Source: Octopus sinensis
Lineage: Eukaryota
Direction: 5' to 3'
Length of the DNA: 64,000 bases
Assembly: GCF_006345805.1 (NCBI RefSeq)
Contig: NC_042999.1
Location: 173,972,001 to 174,036,000 of the forward strand
The position numbers and the translations under genes are program-made. Shown here one piece after another: positions 40,701 through 53,154 of this stretch; within the stretch, counting starts at the first letter, position 1, and each line of letters opens with the position of its first letter. The notes beneath the pieces are model-generated. The model had not been told where the DNA came from, ran no database searches, and worked only from the letters and a program-made list of their open reading frames with translations.

Positions 40701-43605
40701 TCAAAAATTTTATATTATTATTCTCCTTTTGTCTATCATAAACAAGTATCATCAAGTCCGTCTATTCAACACTTTTGATTCTAATTTCAATATTTTTAGT
40801 ATAATATTTTATTACTTTTATTCATATCATTAGATTTTTTCCAAATTGTTTACCATTTCCGATTTATTATTCCCAACACTATAGTTGTTGGTTACTTTAC
40901 TCATTTTAAAGTTTTGTTTTTCTTTATACTTAAGGCCTTATCCTTATAATTAGTATTCCGTTCATTACCTCGTACCTTATAGCATTTTCTCAACAACTAT
41001 CGTGAGGATAAAATGTTACTATCTTATATTTATTACTCCTTGTAATTACAATTTTCATGAAATTTATTTTATCACCGTTGTTAATTTTAATTCATTTTTT
41101 TCAAACATACTAATTCAATTCTACATGTTGTATGACTTCCTCTCTCGCCCCTTCAAATAAGTCTTGCTTTCTATCTACTTTTTCCTTCGTCCATATTTCA
41201 AATGTGTGTTTGTGCATGTGTGTGTGTGTGTGTGTGTGCATACATGTATATATTCATATGTATGTATATATGAATGTGTATGTACGTGTGTGCGTGTGCG
41301 CTTGCGTGTGTGTGTGCGTGTGCGCTTGCGTGCGTGTGTCCAAACGTCACCAATTTATATTTAGCCACATGAAGTTAAGATATTATTATATCTTATACAT
41401 TTAGTGGTAATCTCTCAATTAATATTATTTAACCATATTTTCACATTTTGCCTTACATGCATTCTATCTATAACTTACCCAAATTTTACACCAGTTTTAC
41501 TCGTGAAAACGGATCCTGTAGCATTATAAAAACCCTTCTTGTAATATATCATTTTTTTGCATTATCACCTTCCCTCTAACTCTTGCACCTCTCTATGTAT
41601 TTCTTTTATTCTTCCTCCCTGTCACTCTTCATGCATATACTTTTACCTTTATACCTTTTTTGACTCCTCTTTATATACAAATATATCTTTCTATAGTCAT
41701 TTATTTTTCAAAGAAATTCGTCCTATTTGAAAACAATTTTAGTGATAATTCTAATCTGCAACTTTTTCCTTTGTTCTGTGGGGGAAATATTTCACCCAAC
41801 TTTCTGTTTACAACTCTAAACATTTTAGAACAGAATTTTTGCAATCCACATTTGTAAGTGTATGTTTGTGAGGAAGAAAAAGAGTATGAATCAGAGGAGG
41901 CGGATACCAAAAGAGTTATAGAATTGGTTATAGAGATGGATAGATGGCAACTAGGAATAATTGACGAGAAAAGAAATTTAGTCCTTATTTTAAATATATG
42001 CTAACTTATAATTTGCAAGTCCTTTATTGTAATCACTCTGTTTTTCTAAACAGTTCAAAACAATTTATAAATATGTTATATTGAAAGGCAATCTTTATAT
42101 CCAAATTAATATAATATTTTTGCTACAACACCAAGTACTGCGCTATGTACCTTGATAGGTTCTCTCAGGGTAAATAATGGAGTATTTGGCGTTCTAACAA
42201 AACATCCACGTTAAGTTGGATATAAAGGTTACTCTTTTGTATTGATACTGTTTCTGTCACTATTAATTAGGTAAATTCAATTGTGGCAGATCTTAAAGTT
42301 GTACATTCAGTGTATATTGTTGTGCAATATGATGACATGTAGAACCGTACAGTTGTAATACTTAATAGAGTGTTTGGAGCGGCTGCACCTTTTGGTACGG
42401 TTCAAGCAGAACTACTTAATGGAGAAGGCAGACTAACAACACTTAACCTGATCAGTGTAAAAGGTAGTACATGTTTTATCCGCTTTTAGTTAACACGTTC
42501 GTGTCCTTAATACTGTTAGGCAAAGCATTAACTCTTCAAAATATTATTATTCTCCTTCACGAAAATCTAAAGCCTCAAACAAAATGAACAAAAGGACGTA
42601 GAGTGTATGTTAATTTATGCTTCACCGTTTTATTTTAATCTAATACCCTACTTGTAATTTATCGAAGTTTGTTGATTCATCGAATTTTGTAGGGTTTTTT
42701 TTTATTTAGACGCAGGTAAGCATATATTAAATAACCTGTACTCAGATGCGTTCTTGCCATGATCACTTGAAGTAAAAAAAAATACATACTAACTTCCGGA
42801 ATTTCCTCGATATATGGGAACCAGGACAGAGTACTGGGTGGTTTCGATTTACTGAGTAAAGCTACATTTTTCTTTTTCCTTTTCTTTTTTACTGAAGAAA
42901 AGTGCTGAAGCTAACCCTGCCCACAAACGTTCAACAATTTCTCTTAACTCAGAAGTTCACATTTATCTCCTATACAATCGACTCGCTAGAAATAACAGTT
43001 AAATCACATTTAAATCATCTTTGCAGTGAAAGATACTTCAAATAATGTAATTAGATTTGTGATATGTACAAAATATTTACGACTGAGACTTCGTTAGCTA
43101 TAGGAAAATTTGATCACATGCTTAAACAATCACCAAATAAGCAACAAATGCCGAAATTTAATGTTCATATTATTTTTCTAATGATATAATTAACGTTGCT
43201 AATGAAGGTACAAAAACTGGAAATCGAACCCCTTTCATCTATCCATCTCATTAAGACATTAAATACTTACCTTTACGCCACACTCAAAGTAGCTATATAT
43301 GTGTTTATGAAATTGTCTTCGTTATCTGTTAGAGTTATTGGTTCTTCGTTCACTGATTGACAACCGCACAAACCCCAACTACCACTTTCTGAACTTCTCT
43401 CTAATACATCATGTAAGGTGGATATATAAAAAATGAATAAAAAAGTAAATAAATAAACATGACGGCCAGCAAGTCTGTTATGGCAATATGAAGTAAATCA
43501 ATATCCTCAGTTCGAACTGTTTATATGTGAATGTGTTTGTAAGTGTATTGTGGGTATTGTATGTGTATGTGCGCATGTACATATATTATATATATATATA
43601 TATAT

Positions 43606-43730
<125 letters not shown>

Positions 43731-44318
43731 TCATGTATATATACACATATTATACACGAACGCATACAAAGAGATAGAGAAAAAATAATATATCCGTATA
43801 TATATATATACACTTGTGTGTGCGCGAGTGAGGCTGTATATATGTAATCTATATACCGGAATTGGATATTGGATGACCATATATACTTACATGTATATAT
43901 GTGTATGCGTGAGTGCGTATGTGTGTGTATCGATAGATGTAGATACACATAATAAAGTATGTATGTGTGTGTGCGTATATATATACATATATATTTACAC
44001 ATACATACATATAGACACATTAACGTCTATATTTATATGTATAGACAATGAAGCATACTCATACATTTATATGTGTGTGTGTGTGTGTGTATGTGCACGT
44101 ATGCATTATTTATAATCATTTCCAATATTGCTATATATCATATGTGTATTGGGAATGTGTATATACATTTTTTCGCTATAATTCATCTTAATTTTCTCTA
44201 GTGTATTGCAACAGTTTTCGGGTGTGTGTAGGTGTATAAAGGGAACATTATTCTTGCGATATTCGTCTTGTGTGTGTGTGTGTGTGCGTTTGCGCGCGCG
44301 TGTGTGTGTGAGTGTGTG

Positions 44319-44350
<32 letters not shown>

Positions 44351-44356
44351 ATATAT

Positions 44357-44392
<36 letters not shown>

Positions 44393-44484
44393 CAAAGAGA
44401 GTGAGAGATAAAGAGATAAAAAGATAGATAGATATACAGACAGATACATATATACATGTATACATATATGATTGCATACATACA

Positions 44485-44516
<32 letters not shown>

Positions 44517-44589
44517 CACACACATGTATATATATATGTATTCAGGCGCGCGTGCGGAATGCACACACACACGGGCATATATATATATA

Positions 44590-44609
44590 TAGAGAGAGAG
44601 AGAGGTAGT

Positions 44610-44699
<90 letters not shown>
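44590..44699. repeat. (GA)n / (GATA)n microsatellite
   Basis: Direct reading. Confidence 0.95.
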
Positions 44700-44955
44700 T
44701 AAAATACAGAAGCCAAATTTTGTTCTTGTCAGGGCTTATTCAAACTGACAGTTCATATAACCCCCTATCGGGGTAAGTCCTAAGTCACAACAATATTATA
44801 ATAAATATTAGATTCTACACATCTCCTTAGTCTTTTATTCATGTTCGTTGTTTTTATGCGTTTATAATACTATATATGTGAGTGTGCGTATACGAGTACG
44901 TGTGCGTGTCTTTTTGTGTGTGCGTGTGTTTTTGAGTGTGTGTATGTATGTATGT

Positions 44956-45150
44956 ATGGCTTGGCGTATTGTACTCACTATCACATGATCGTGGATTCGA
45001 TTCCCGGACGGGCAATGTATCGTGTCCTTGAGCAACACACTTAATTTCACGTCTCTCCGGCGCCCTGAAATGTAAATGGGTAACCTTGCAATGGAACAGC
45101 CTTCCTATCTGGGGAACATTAGCCTGCTCTCATAGCTAATGGGGTTACAT
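44956..45150 (+). mobile_element. Decayed tRNA-derived CORE-like SINE
   Basis: GGATTCGATTCCC B-box followed by gtgtccttgagcaacacacttaa. Confidence 0.65.
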
Positions 45151-45603
45151 GAATGGAAAGGTAAAACAATGCGGAGCGATGGACAACGACATCGGATAGT
45201 CTGGTAAATGACACGATTTATATATATATATGTACATGAGTGAGTGTAGAAACTAAAGAAGACAGTCGACGTATTTACTGTGTATCACATGAACGTGCTG
45301 GGCTTCTGTTAGAAGTCTGAGAAATTTCAAGTCGCGTGGTGCCGAATCAAGCAGTTTAAAATATTAATAATACATGTGTATTTGTGTGTGTCTAGCAAGT
45401 ATAAAAACCATGTTAAAAATGTACAAAGAAACGGGAAACAGACAAAGAAGATTACCGAATCTTCATCCGTAATCAGCCAAAGGGTCAAATGCAATTTCGC
45501 ACCTTCAGCGATATTATTGTTTCCCTGTGGTGGCACCGATGACAAGAAGCCGCTGGGAAATTGCGAGCCACCAAACAAGAAAATGAACAAACAATAAATA
45601 AAC

Positions 45604-45870
45604 AACTATACAATACAGAAACTGAACATACAGTCATGAGATAAGTGCAATTCCAGCCGCGACAATTAGTGAACGGACGAAGGACAAAGAGGAAAACAAA
45701 TAGGACAAAACTTGAAACATACAGGCCAACAGAAATATATAAACAGAATATGGCGTAAGGGCCAGACAGGAGACGAAAATATGATTGAAAAGAGGATTGA
45801 CAATGAATAAATAACTATACAATACAGAAACTGAATATACAGTCATGAGATAAGTGCAATTCCAGCCGCG
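45604..45870. repeat. 58-bp direct repeat, 209 bp apart, ending at (GT)/(TA)n
   Basis: 45604-45661 and 45813-45870 differ by one base; a further diverged pair lies at about 45948-46040 and 46200-46275. Confidence 0.85.
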
Positions 45871-45879
45871 GCAAGTATA

Positions 45880-45954
<75 letters not shown>

Positions 45955-46990
45955 AAGACATATCCAAGAATTCATCAAAAACAGTCCCAATCACTGCTAT
46001 AATCCACAACAAAGCACTTTAAGTCACTTGACCATTTAACATCCTACTACTATCATACCAACCCGCATTCTACTTTTATTGTTCGTTCGCTTCTCCATCA
46101 CCTTCTTATTCGTCTTCTTCTTCCTCTCGACCATCTCCTTCCTTAATTACCTACCAATGCTGTCTAGAATAACATCTACGCAAATATTATAAACAATATA
46201 TTCAAAAGAGACATCTCAAGAAGTCAATCACTACTCCAATCCACAAGTCACTTTCAGGGCACTTGACCATTTAATGTTTATAAATGATATATACACACTT
46301 TTTACCTATTTTGGCATTGATATCAATTTTTAAATTCTTAAATTTTATTTTTATACAGCATAACAACATTGTTTATAAACAATCACCCATAGTGCCCTAA
46401 ATAAAATTTCTTCTGTACTAACATCTTAGGTTTCTTAGCGTCTTGCCCCTTTAACTAGTAATTAACATCATGATTTAAAGTTTACCCTACCCTGCCTCTT
46501 TTCATAGACAGTTATTTATATCCACCTGACTACTTCTAATGTCTTATTTTCCTCCCTAGGGAAAAGGGATACATATGATAATATTTTTGACTACATGTAG
46601 CTGTCAACTCACTTTTGTCCTTTATTCAAAATAGGCACAGTCTTCTAGCTTTAGATTTCGAAGTTGACAAAGACACACATGAATTAGAAATGAATTACAA
46701 CTCTATGATCCCGCTATGCACCAGCGATTTTTAGAACTTGTAGTCTATTCTTAGTTAAAATAGTGACAACTTGAATTTCTGTCATCATCTTACTGTGCTA
46801 AAATATTTAAGAAAAATCACATTGTGTCCTACCTGTTAAAATTCCATTTATTTGTGCAGCTGAGAATGGCACTACATTTAAAGTGATGTAATGCTTGCAT
46901 TACTCAATTAAATGGAGCCGCTTGAAACGGTTGTACTGCATTACTACTTGATATGCAGATGCTTATCTTGATTATATATATATATATATA

Positions 46991-47118
46991 GTTAGCACAC
47001 GGGGCAAAATGCTTAGCGGCATTTCGTTCGTCTTTACATTTTCAATTCAAATTTCGTCGACTTTCCCTTCCATCTCTACAGATTTGATAAAATAGTACCA
47101 ATTCTTGCCCGAAATTGT
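46991..47118 (+). mobile_element. SINE, second family, decayed and internally deleted
   Basis: gttagcacacggggcaaaatgcttagcggcatttcg matches the family head. Confidence 0.6.
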
Positions 47119-47655
47119 TTTAGATGTGACTATTTTAATTTTACTTTAACACTCAGTCTATTTTACACCAAACACTACCATAATTACACCATGTATACTG
47201 TTATTATTATATTTTTGGTGGTACATGTATATAATTTAGTCCTATACACTCCTTATTAAGTGTATGTTTTAAGTCTATGTGTGCGTGTATATAACCATAC
47301 ATACAAGTTCTTTTTTCCACATATACTGCTTAAGTATACAAGTCATACTTCTCATCAATTATCTTAAGACTAGAGATGATTTGGTTTGTCCTGGCGTCTA
47401 AATGGAAACCGTAGTCAATTTGAAGGGATGGCTGTCTTGCTTTGACGATAACAGTATAGTTTAGTACGAGTCATTAACTGCCCATCAAAACTTCACTTAG
47501 CTGTAAATTCCAACACTCCAGCTTTGGAATCATTGTTTCATTGGTCATCAAGTTTAATAACGTTGAAATTCCTTGTTTCATTTTGGTCATAAAGATCTCT
47601 TCTCTCATAGATCCATCGTATTTCCTCAAGGTGTGTGAGTGTGTACATTTATATG

Positions 47656-47718
<63 letters not shown>

Positions 47719-47928
47719 ATGTATGTGTGTGTGTATGTATATATGTGTATATAGTATATAAGTGAATGTGTGCTTGTGTGTGCGTGTGTACATGCCCACT
47801 GTAGTATATGTTTGTCTTCTGCGTCTCTTTCTTTCTTTCTCATGGATACGCGCTATTCACTTTCCCAAACTATTTTCTTTAAACCTCTCCTTTGGTTTGT
47901 TTTTCTCTATCCTACAAATGTGTGTCTC

Positions 47929-47948
47929 TTAGTAGTAGTAGTAGTAGT

Positions 47949-47997
<49 letters not shown>

Positions 47998-48068
47998 CAG
48001 CAGCAGCGGCGGCGGCGGCGGTGGTGGTGGTGGTGGTGGTGGTGGTGGGGTGGTGGTGGTGGTGGCGG
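47929..48068. repeat. Compound trinucleotide array (TAG)n-(CAG)n-(CGG)n-(TGG)n
   Basis: Direct reading. Confidence 0.95.
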
Positions 48069-50658
48069 CAGTGTTCGTCGACGTCGTCCTTGTGGTGGAG
48101 GTGGAATCCGAATTTCGCTGATAGATTTGGTTTCTTTCTCGTAACTACCTAACTTCAGGCAATCATCCCACATAAGGAATTTCTTGAAAAAATTCACATT
48201 TATATTAATTCCATAGTTATATTAAATTCTTTTCGCATTTTGTATAGCCATACTTTATCTGTCGAATTCATTTTTAAAAAAATACACCTTTCTTTTCACT
48301 TTTACGAAATTTTCCTTTTGTTTTCAAAACAGCTTATAAATAACAATACTGACCTGAATAATAACAAATATTATTCATATTTCATAACAATAACAATGTT
48401 GTCGTCGAATTATTCTTTCATTTCCGTTACTTCTTTTAACACATGTGCACAACGGAACTAACGTCGGATACGTTCAAAACACGCATTCATTTCTATAGAG
48501 AATAGTCAATCATTTGTCTTTTGTTGGGCCCATTTATGGATATCGCCAGCAAATCTTACAATAATATTAACATTTTTCTTGTCATTATCTTTAATATTAC
48601 ATTTTTCTAAATATGTTATATTCAAATTTCATTGATAAACTTTGATTTTTTTCATTTAAATACATAATTTCTTCCTTTTAAGCAAGTAGCCACCAGACAC
48701 ATTTTTTCATATGACAATTTTCAACTTTCTATGAAATTTTCTTGATATTTCGATTAAAACTATTTTTTTCAACCAAGTCCATTCCCAATAACAATAAATT
48801 TCCTTCATTTCTGTTGACAATAGAGATTACCTGGAGGAAAAAGTTAAAGAGGAGGAAGAGAGGAAGAATGTGATGGCTGTGAAGTTTCACCCTCGATCTG
48901 TAGCTTCGGCCACATACCTAGTATAAAAACACTGATACTTCACAAATGGATGCTGCATGTGGGTTTTCCTTGAAAAGATAAAATTCTTCTTGCTATCTTT
49001 ATTAACCTACGGCTCATGAAAATGTTGTTCTCCGATTTTTAACCCAATGATATTTGTTCTGCTACTGCTTCCTAGAGTGGATTATTAACACTAATTTTAT
49101 CAATGTAGATTAAATGAGAATTATGGGAAGTTAAACTCCAGTGAGGCTTCAGGTACGGCTACGCTCTAAATTACTAGAGTGAACGAAGGAATATAGTATA
49201 CCAACAAGACAGTTTCTACGTGATCGTCTTCTTACCAGAAATAGATCTCGTATTTCCCTCAAATCACACCCTACTTTCTTTCGAAACGAAGGAGATACTG
49301 AATTTTGTAGTCTCAGAAACAATGTATCTGAATAGCAAACACACTAAAAATGTAAGATGGACTGATATCTGTTGGAATAATTTTGGTTACAGCTTTGTGC
49401 AATTATTTTGACCTGGGGATAAACAATAAATCAGTATTGATAACGACTCAGCACTTACATAAATACGAAAGTTAAACATATAAATTGAAAGAATTATTAA
49501 AATTTGTTTGCTGTGTCAGAAACTCTTCAGAATTACTGATCCGTGCCAGATTATATCAAGAATTATCATTGATACAATATTATCATTTTTTTTCTTATCT
49601 TTATGTTTCCTTAAATTACTTAGACTCCACCAGGTATCTGATATATAACTGTATAACCGTTATGAAGTTAAAATATTGCTATTGATTGCGACGTCGGTCG
49701 TTGTAAAAGGTGTCTATGAATTACATCCTCTTTCTCCGGTAGAAATTTTCATTTCTCAGTTTCTATTTTTCTTCTTTTCTTTTTATATTGGTTTTTCTTA
49801 GTAACTTCTTTGAAATACAAACAATAACGGTAACATTATCGAAGCATTCTATTATATTGATACGATTTTGCCAATTGAAAATTGTAGACATCTCTCTAAA
49901 GAAGAGTGATTAAAAATATCTCTATGCAATCATGAAGATTATCTCGTCGTGACTGACGCTATTATCATTGGTACAATTTTGCTTTTTTGGTTTAGGTTTT
50001 TATTTCTGTAAATGTTTCTATCTTTGCTTATTTCAAGATCTTTATTTTTTTATTTCAATTCATTCTATTCAACTACTAATGATTTATTTTTCAAAAACAG
50101 GTCATACTTGTTGATGTATATAAATACACAATGTAGTCTTGTATCGAAAAGCGTGAATAGTAAGAAGCTGGTGAAGAGTTGCGAGAGCACGGTAAGGTAT
50201 AAAAATATAAAATCATAGAGGAACTATGTTGAAACATCATACCAACATTATTATTAAAGGAAAGAAAATGTTCTATTGAAAAGAATAACATTCTACGTTA
50301 TCTCAACACTTACTGCCGCAGACCTCATATCTTTTGAATAAAAATGTCTATAAAACATCATTCACTAGCTTTCCTAGTAGAACATTTATATCGTCAGAGC
50401 GAATTTCAGAATAAAGCCCAGAAAGTAAATGTCTCCATATTGCTGTAATAACTTAAAAAGTGTTCTTTTCCTGCGAAATTGAGAGAATTAAAATTGTACT
50501 ATAGGTTTTTTTCAACATAAGTTGCGATAAACTGCTACAGTCACTACTTCCATCGCTACTATTACAACTAACGTTGCTTGAGATAATGGCAATTGTTATA
50601 TATTTAATAAAATTGAAAGACGACGCACAATGTGTCACGCTTTATCTTTTTCATTCTC

Positions 50659-51837
50659 TATTTATCAGTGCAAAACTATTTACGATTTTGGTTATTTTAA
50701 ACGTTGATGCTTTATTTTAGAATATACTTATATTTAACAATATCAAAGCAATATACTAATTTGAAGTGTAAAGTTCGGTATATTGCTTTATACCAATGAT
50801 TTTGCTTTTAGAAAATGAAACACTGCAAATTAGAACGATTTTATTGTATAAGTTCATAATGGAACTCAAAGACGAGGAATCTGCTCGCAATATCACTCGA
50901 CCATTTAACTAGATGACTTTCAACGCACGTACTGGTTCCAAAAATTTCGAAATAAAGCTAGAACACTAACGATTAGGAAAGTCGAAGTTAACCCTCTGCG
51001 ATTGACAATGACTTTTACTGAAGCTATTGTCGAAACCAGTCCACGAAAAACATCTCGAGATGTTGCAAATGAACTAAATGTTGATCATTCCAGTGCAATA
51101 CATTGGAAGTTTAATGAATCTCGACAAATCGATAGCATATGAAAAAAAACACAGCCTCAAAGTCCGTTCTGCACTTCGTTAACGCAAACTAGACGTTTCT
51201 TTTCTTGGTTGCAATGAGACAAGTGACAAAATGACAGACTTTAAATAACAAACACCGGGGTTTGACACAGATGAAACACTAAAACACATAGAAGAAAGTT
51301 GTTTCAAACATAGATTGCGGGCACTGTTTGTGATCAGCATGTGGTAAAGCCCATTACTGCTTCATGAATCATGCTGAGCCATCATAACAGAAATAAGGCC
51401 AGGAAAGCAATGACATGTTCAAAGAACTGCAACATTTACGTCTAACATTAATTAATCAAAAAGAACAAAGGAACCAATTATTTTCTATGAAATCGCCCGA
51501 CCATACGTGTAGCACATATCGCTGCAAATATTGAATGAATTAAGCTAAGAAACACTATGTCTCCAAATATAATTTCCATGACCCTCTCCGACCAACTATC
51601 ACTTTCCGAGTATTTCGATAACTTCCTGCAATAAAGCAGCATCCATGCAGCAGTTTAATAACATTTCGTGCAATTCAGCGATTCTAACATTCCAGAATAA
51701 ATAGAATTGATTCTAGTTCGCAAAAATATAGAGATGTTAATGGCTATTACTTCATTAAATAATATTTGATCTGAGCTGATTTATATAACTTTAAAGAGGA
51801 TAATGAAAACCGCAATTATTTTGACACCAACTTCATA
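50659..51837 (+). mobile_element. Highly decayed mariner transposon
   Basis: TIR remnants atcagtgcaaaactatttacgatttt and aaaaccgcaattattttgacaccaact; WFQKFRN (about 50933), PTNYHF and DVNGYYF remnants; about 1.18 kb. Confidence 0.75.
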
Positions 51838-52079
51838 TCATGCTCAGGCCACGCTTTACACTCAAATTTCGCTCGGAATCTTGGGATTTGCACTTTCAAG
51901 CATTTCGCTTCTCTTGTTAGTCGCCTTTCTCATTAGTGTGAAGGAAACAAGACCACTAGTTACTGGGGCTCAAGGTCCTCATCTTTAATTTCGCTTTTGC
52001 TTTAGCTATCGTACTCCAAATGCCTCCTAACAAGTCGATAGTGAAAATATATATGCTGTCACGGAAAGTTGACTTAGAC

Positions 52080-52385
52080 TAGGGCTGGCCAACTCGAATT
52101 ACATTATGGACCACTTTAATCACAGAAATGTTTTTGAAGACTGCTTATATACCGACAGAATTGAAAGCATTTTACTTTCTCATGCTATTATTACAATAAT
52201 TAATGAATGATCGTTGATTCAACAAGGAATATATCGTTGCAAAACAGTAGTATCATTCTTTTTTTATTTTCCATTACAATCTTTAATTTTTGATAAAACA
52301 TTTAAATAAATCCATTTCAAAAAAGTATCAAGCGGGCCGCAAGACAAAAGTCAGCGGGCTCCGTGCCTCAGAATGGCCAGCCCTG
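52080..52385. mobile_element. hAT (Charlie-like) MITE, second copy
   Basis: TIR tagggctggcca / tggccagccctg; 8-bp TSD acttagac / actttgac. Confidence 0.88.
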
Positions 52386-52499
52386 ACTTTGACTCTATTT
52401 TGATATCTATCAAACACTTCAATCTCCCCTTTCTCTCACTCTGTAACTTTCTTTCATTCTCCTTTTATATATGTAGTGAAGAATTCACAAAAAAATGTC

Positions 52500-52576
<77 letters not shown>

Positions 52577-52619
52577 ATGCAGACAGTTTATTTTTAAATA
52601 TTCAAAATATTTTAAAATA

Positions 52620-52885
52620 TTCAAATCCATATAATGAAATTCCAGTCCCACGGCCGTTTCTATAACCAATTGATTCAATATAAATATTGAAACTAGTTAA
52701 TTGGGTATTTAATCAGAGAAATGTAACTCTCCTTTGGAAAATTCTCCCCTGGTGAAATGACCACTTAACAAGTTTCAATATGAAAATTTAAATTGAATTA
52801 ATTTAATTTAAATTTAATTTCTGTAATTGGACTAATTGGATACGGAAACGGCTGTAGGACTAAAATTTTATTATATGGATTTGAA
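52620..52885. mobile_element. Hairpin MITE with long imperfect TIRs, superfamily unassigned
   Basis: About 50-bp terminal arms at roughly 80% identity, plus an inner inverted pair tattgaaactagttaattgg / ccacttaacaagtttcaata. Confidence 0.7.
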
Positions 52886-53109
52886 CACCTTTAAATAAAC
52901 TGATGTCTGTATGTCACTTTCTCCATTTTCTTCCTTTTCACAATCATAGGTATTTTAAATACCTATATATATATCAATGCAAAACTAATGTATTTAGTTT
53001 TCAATGAACGCTGGTATAAACCAGAGAACTAGGATGCTAGGATCCCTTAAAGGTTTATAGGTCCTTCATGCCATTATATATATATATATATATATATATC
53101 TTCGGAAAG

Positions 53110-53154
53110 TGTCGCTGATGAGATCACAGATGTGTGACGAAAGGTTTCCGGACA
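53110..53154 (+). ncRNA. Decayed hammerhead-like motif
   Basis: tgtcg-CTGATGA-ga-TCACA(gatg)TGTGA-c-GAAA-ggtttc-cggaca; stems I and III imperfect. Confidence 0.45.

Noticed and set aside
41660-42490. Protein-like plus-strand frames (EEEKEYESEEAD; NRTVVILNRVFGAAAPFGTVQAELL)
   Set aside because: Broken by stops, no convincing splice sites and no family I can name; cadherin and Calx-beta motifs were looked for and not found.
47907-48197. Pro/His/Tyr-rich ORF as a real protein
   Set aside because: Dominated by the trinucleotide array, with frame changes inside the repeat.
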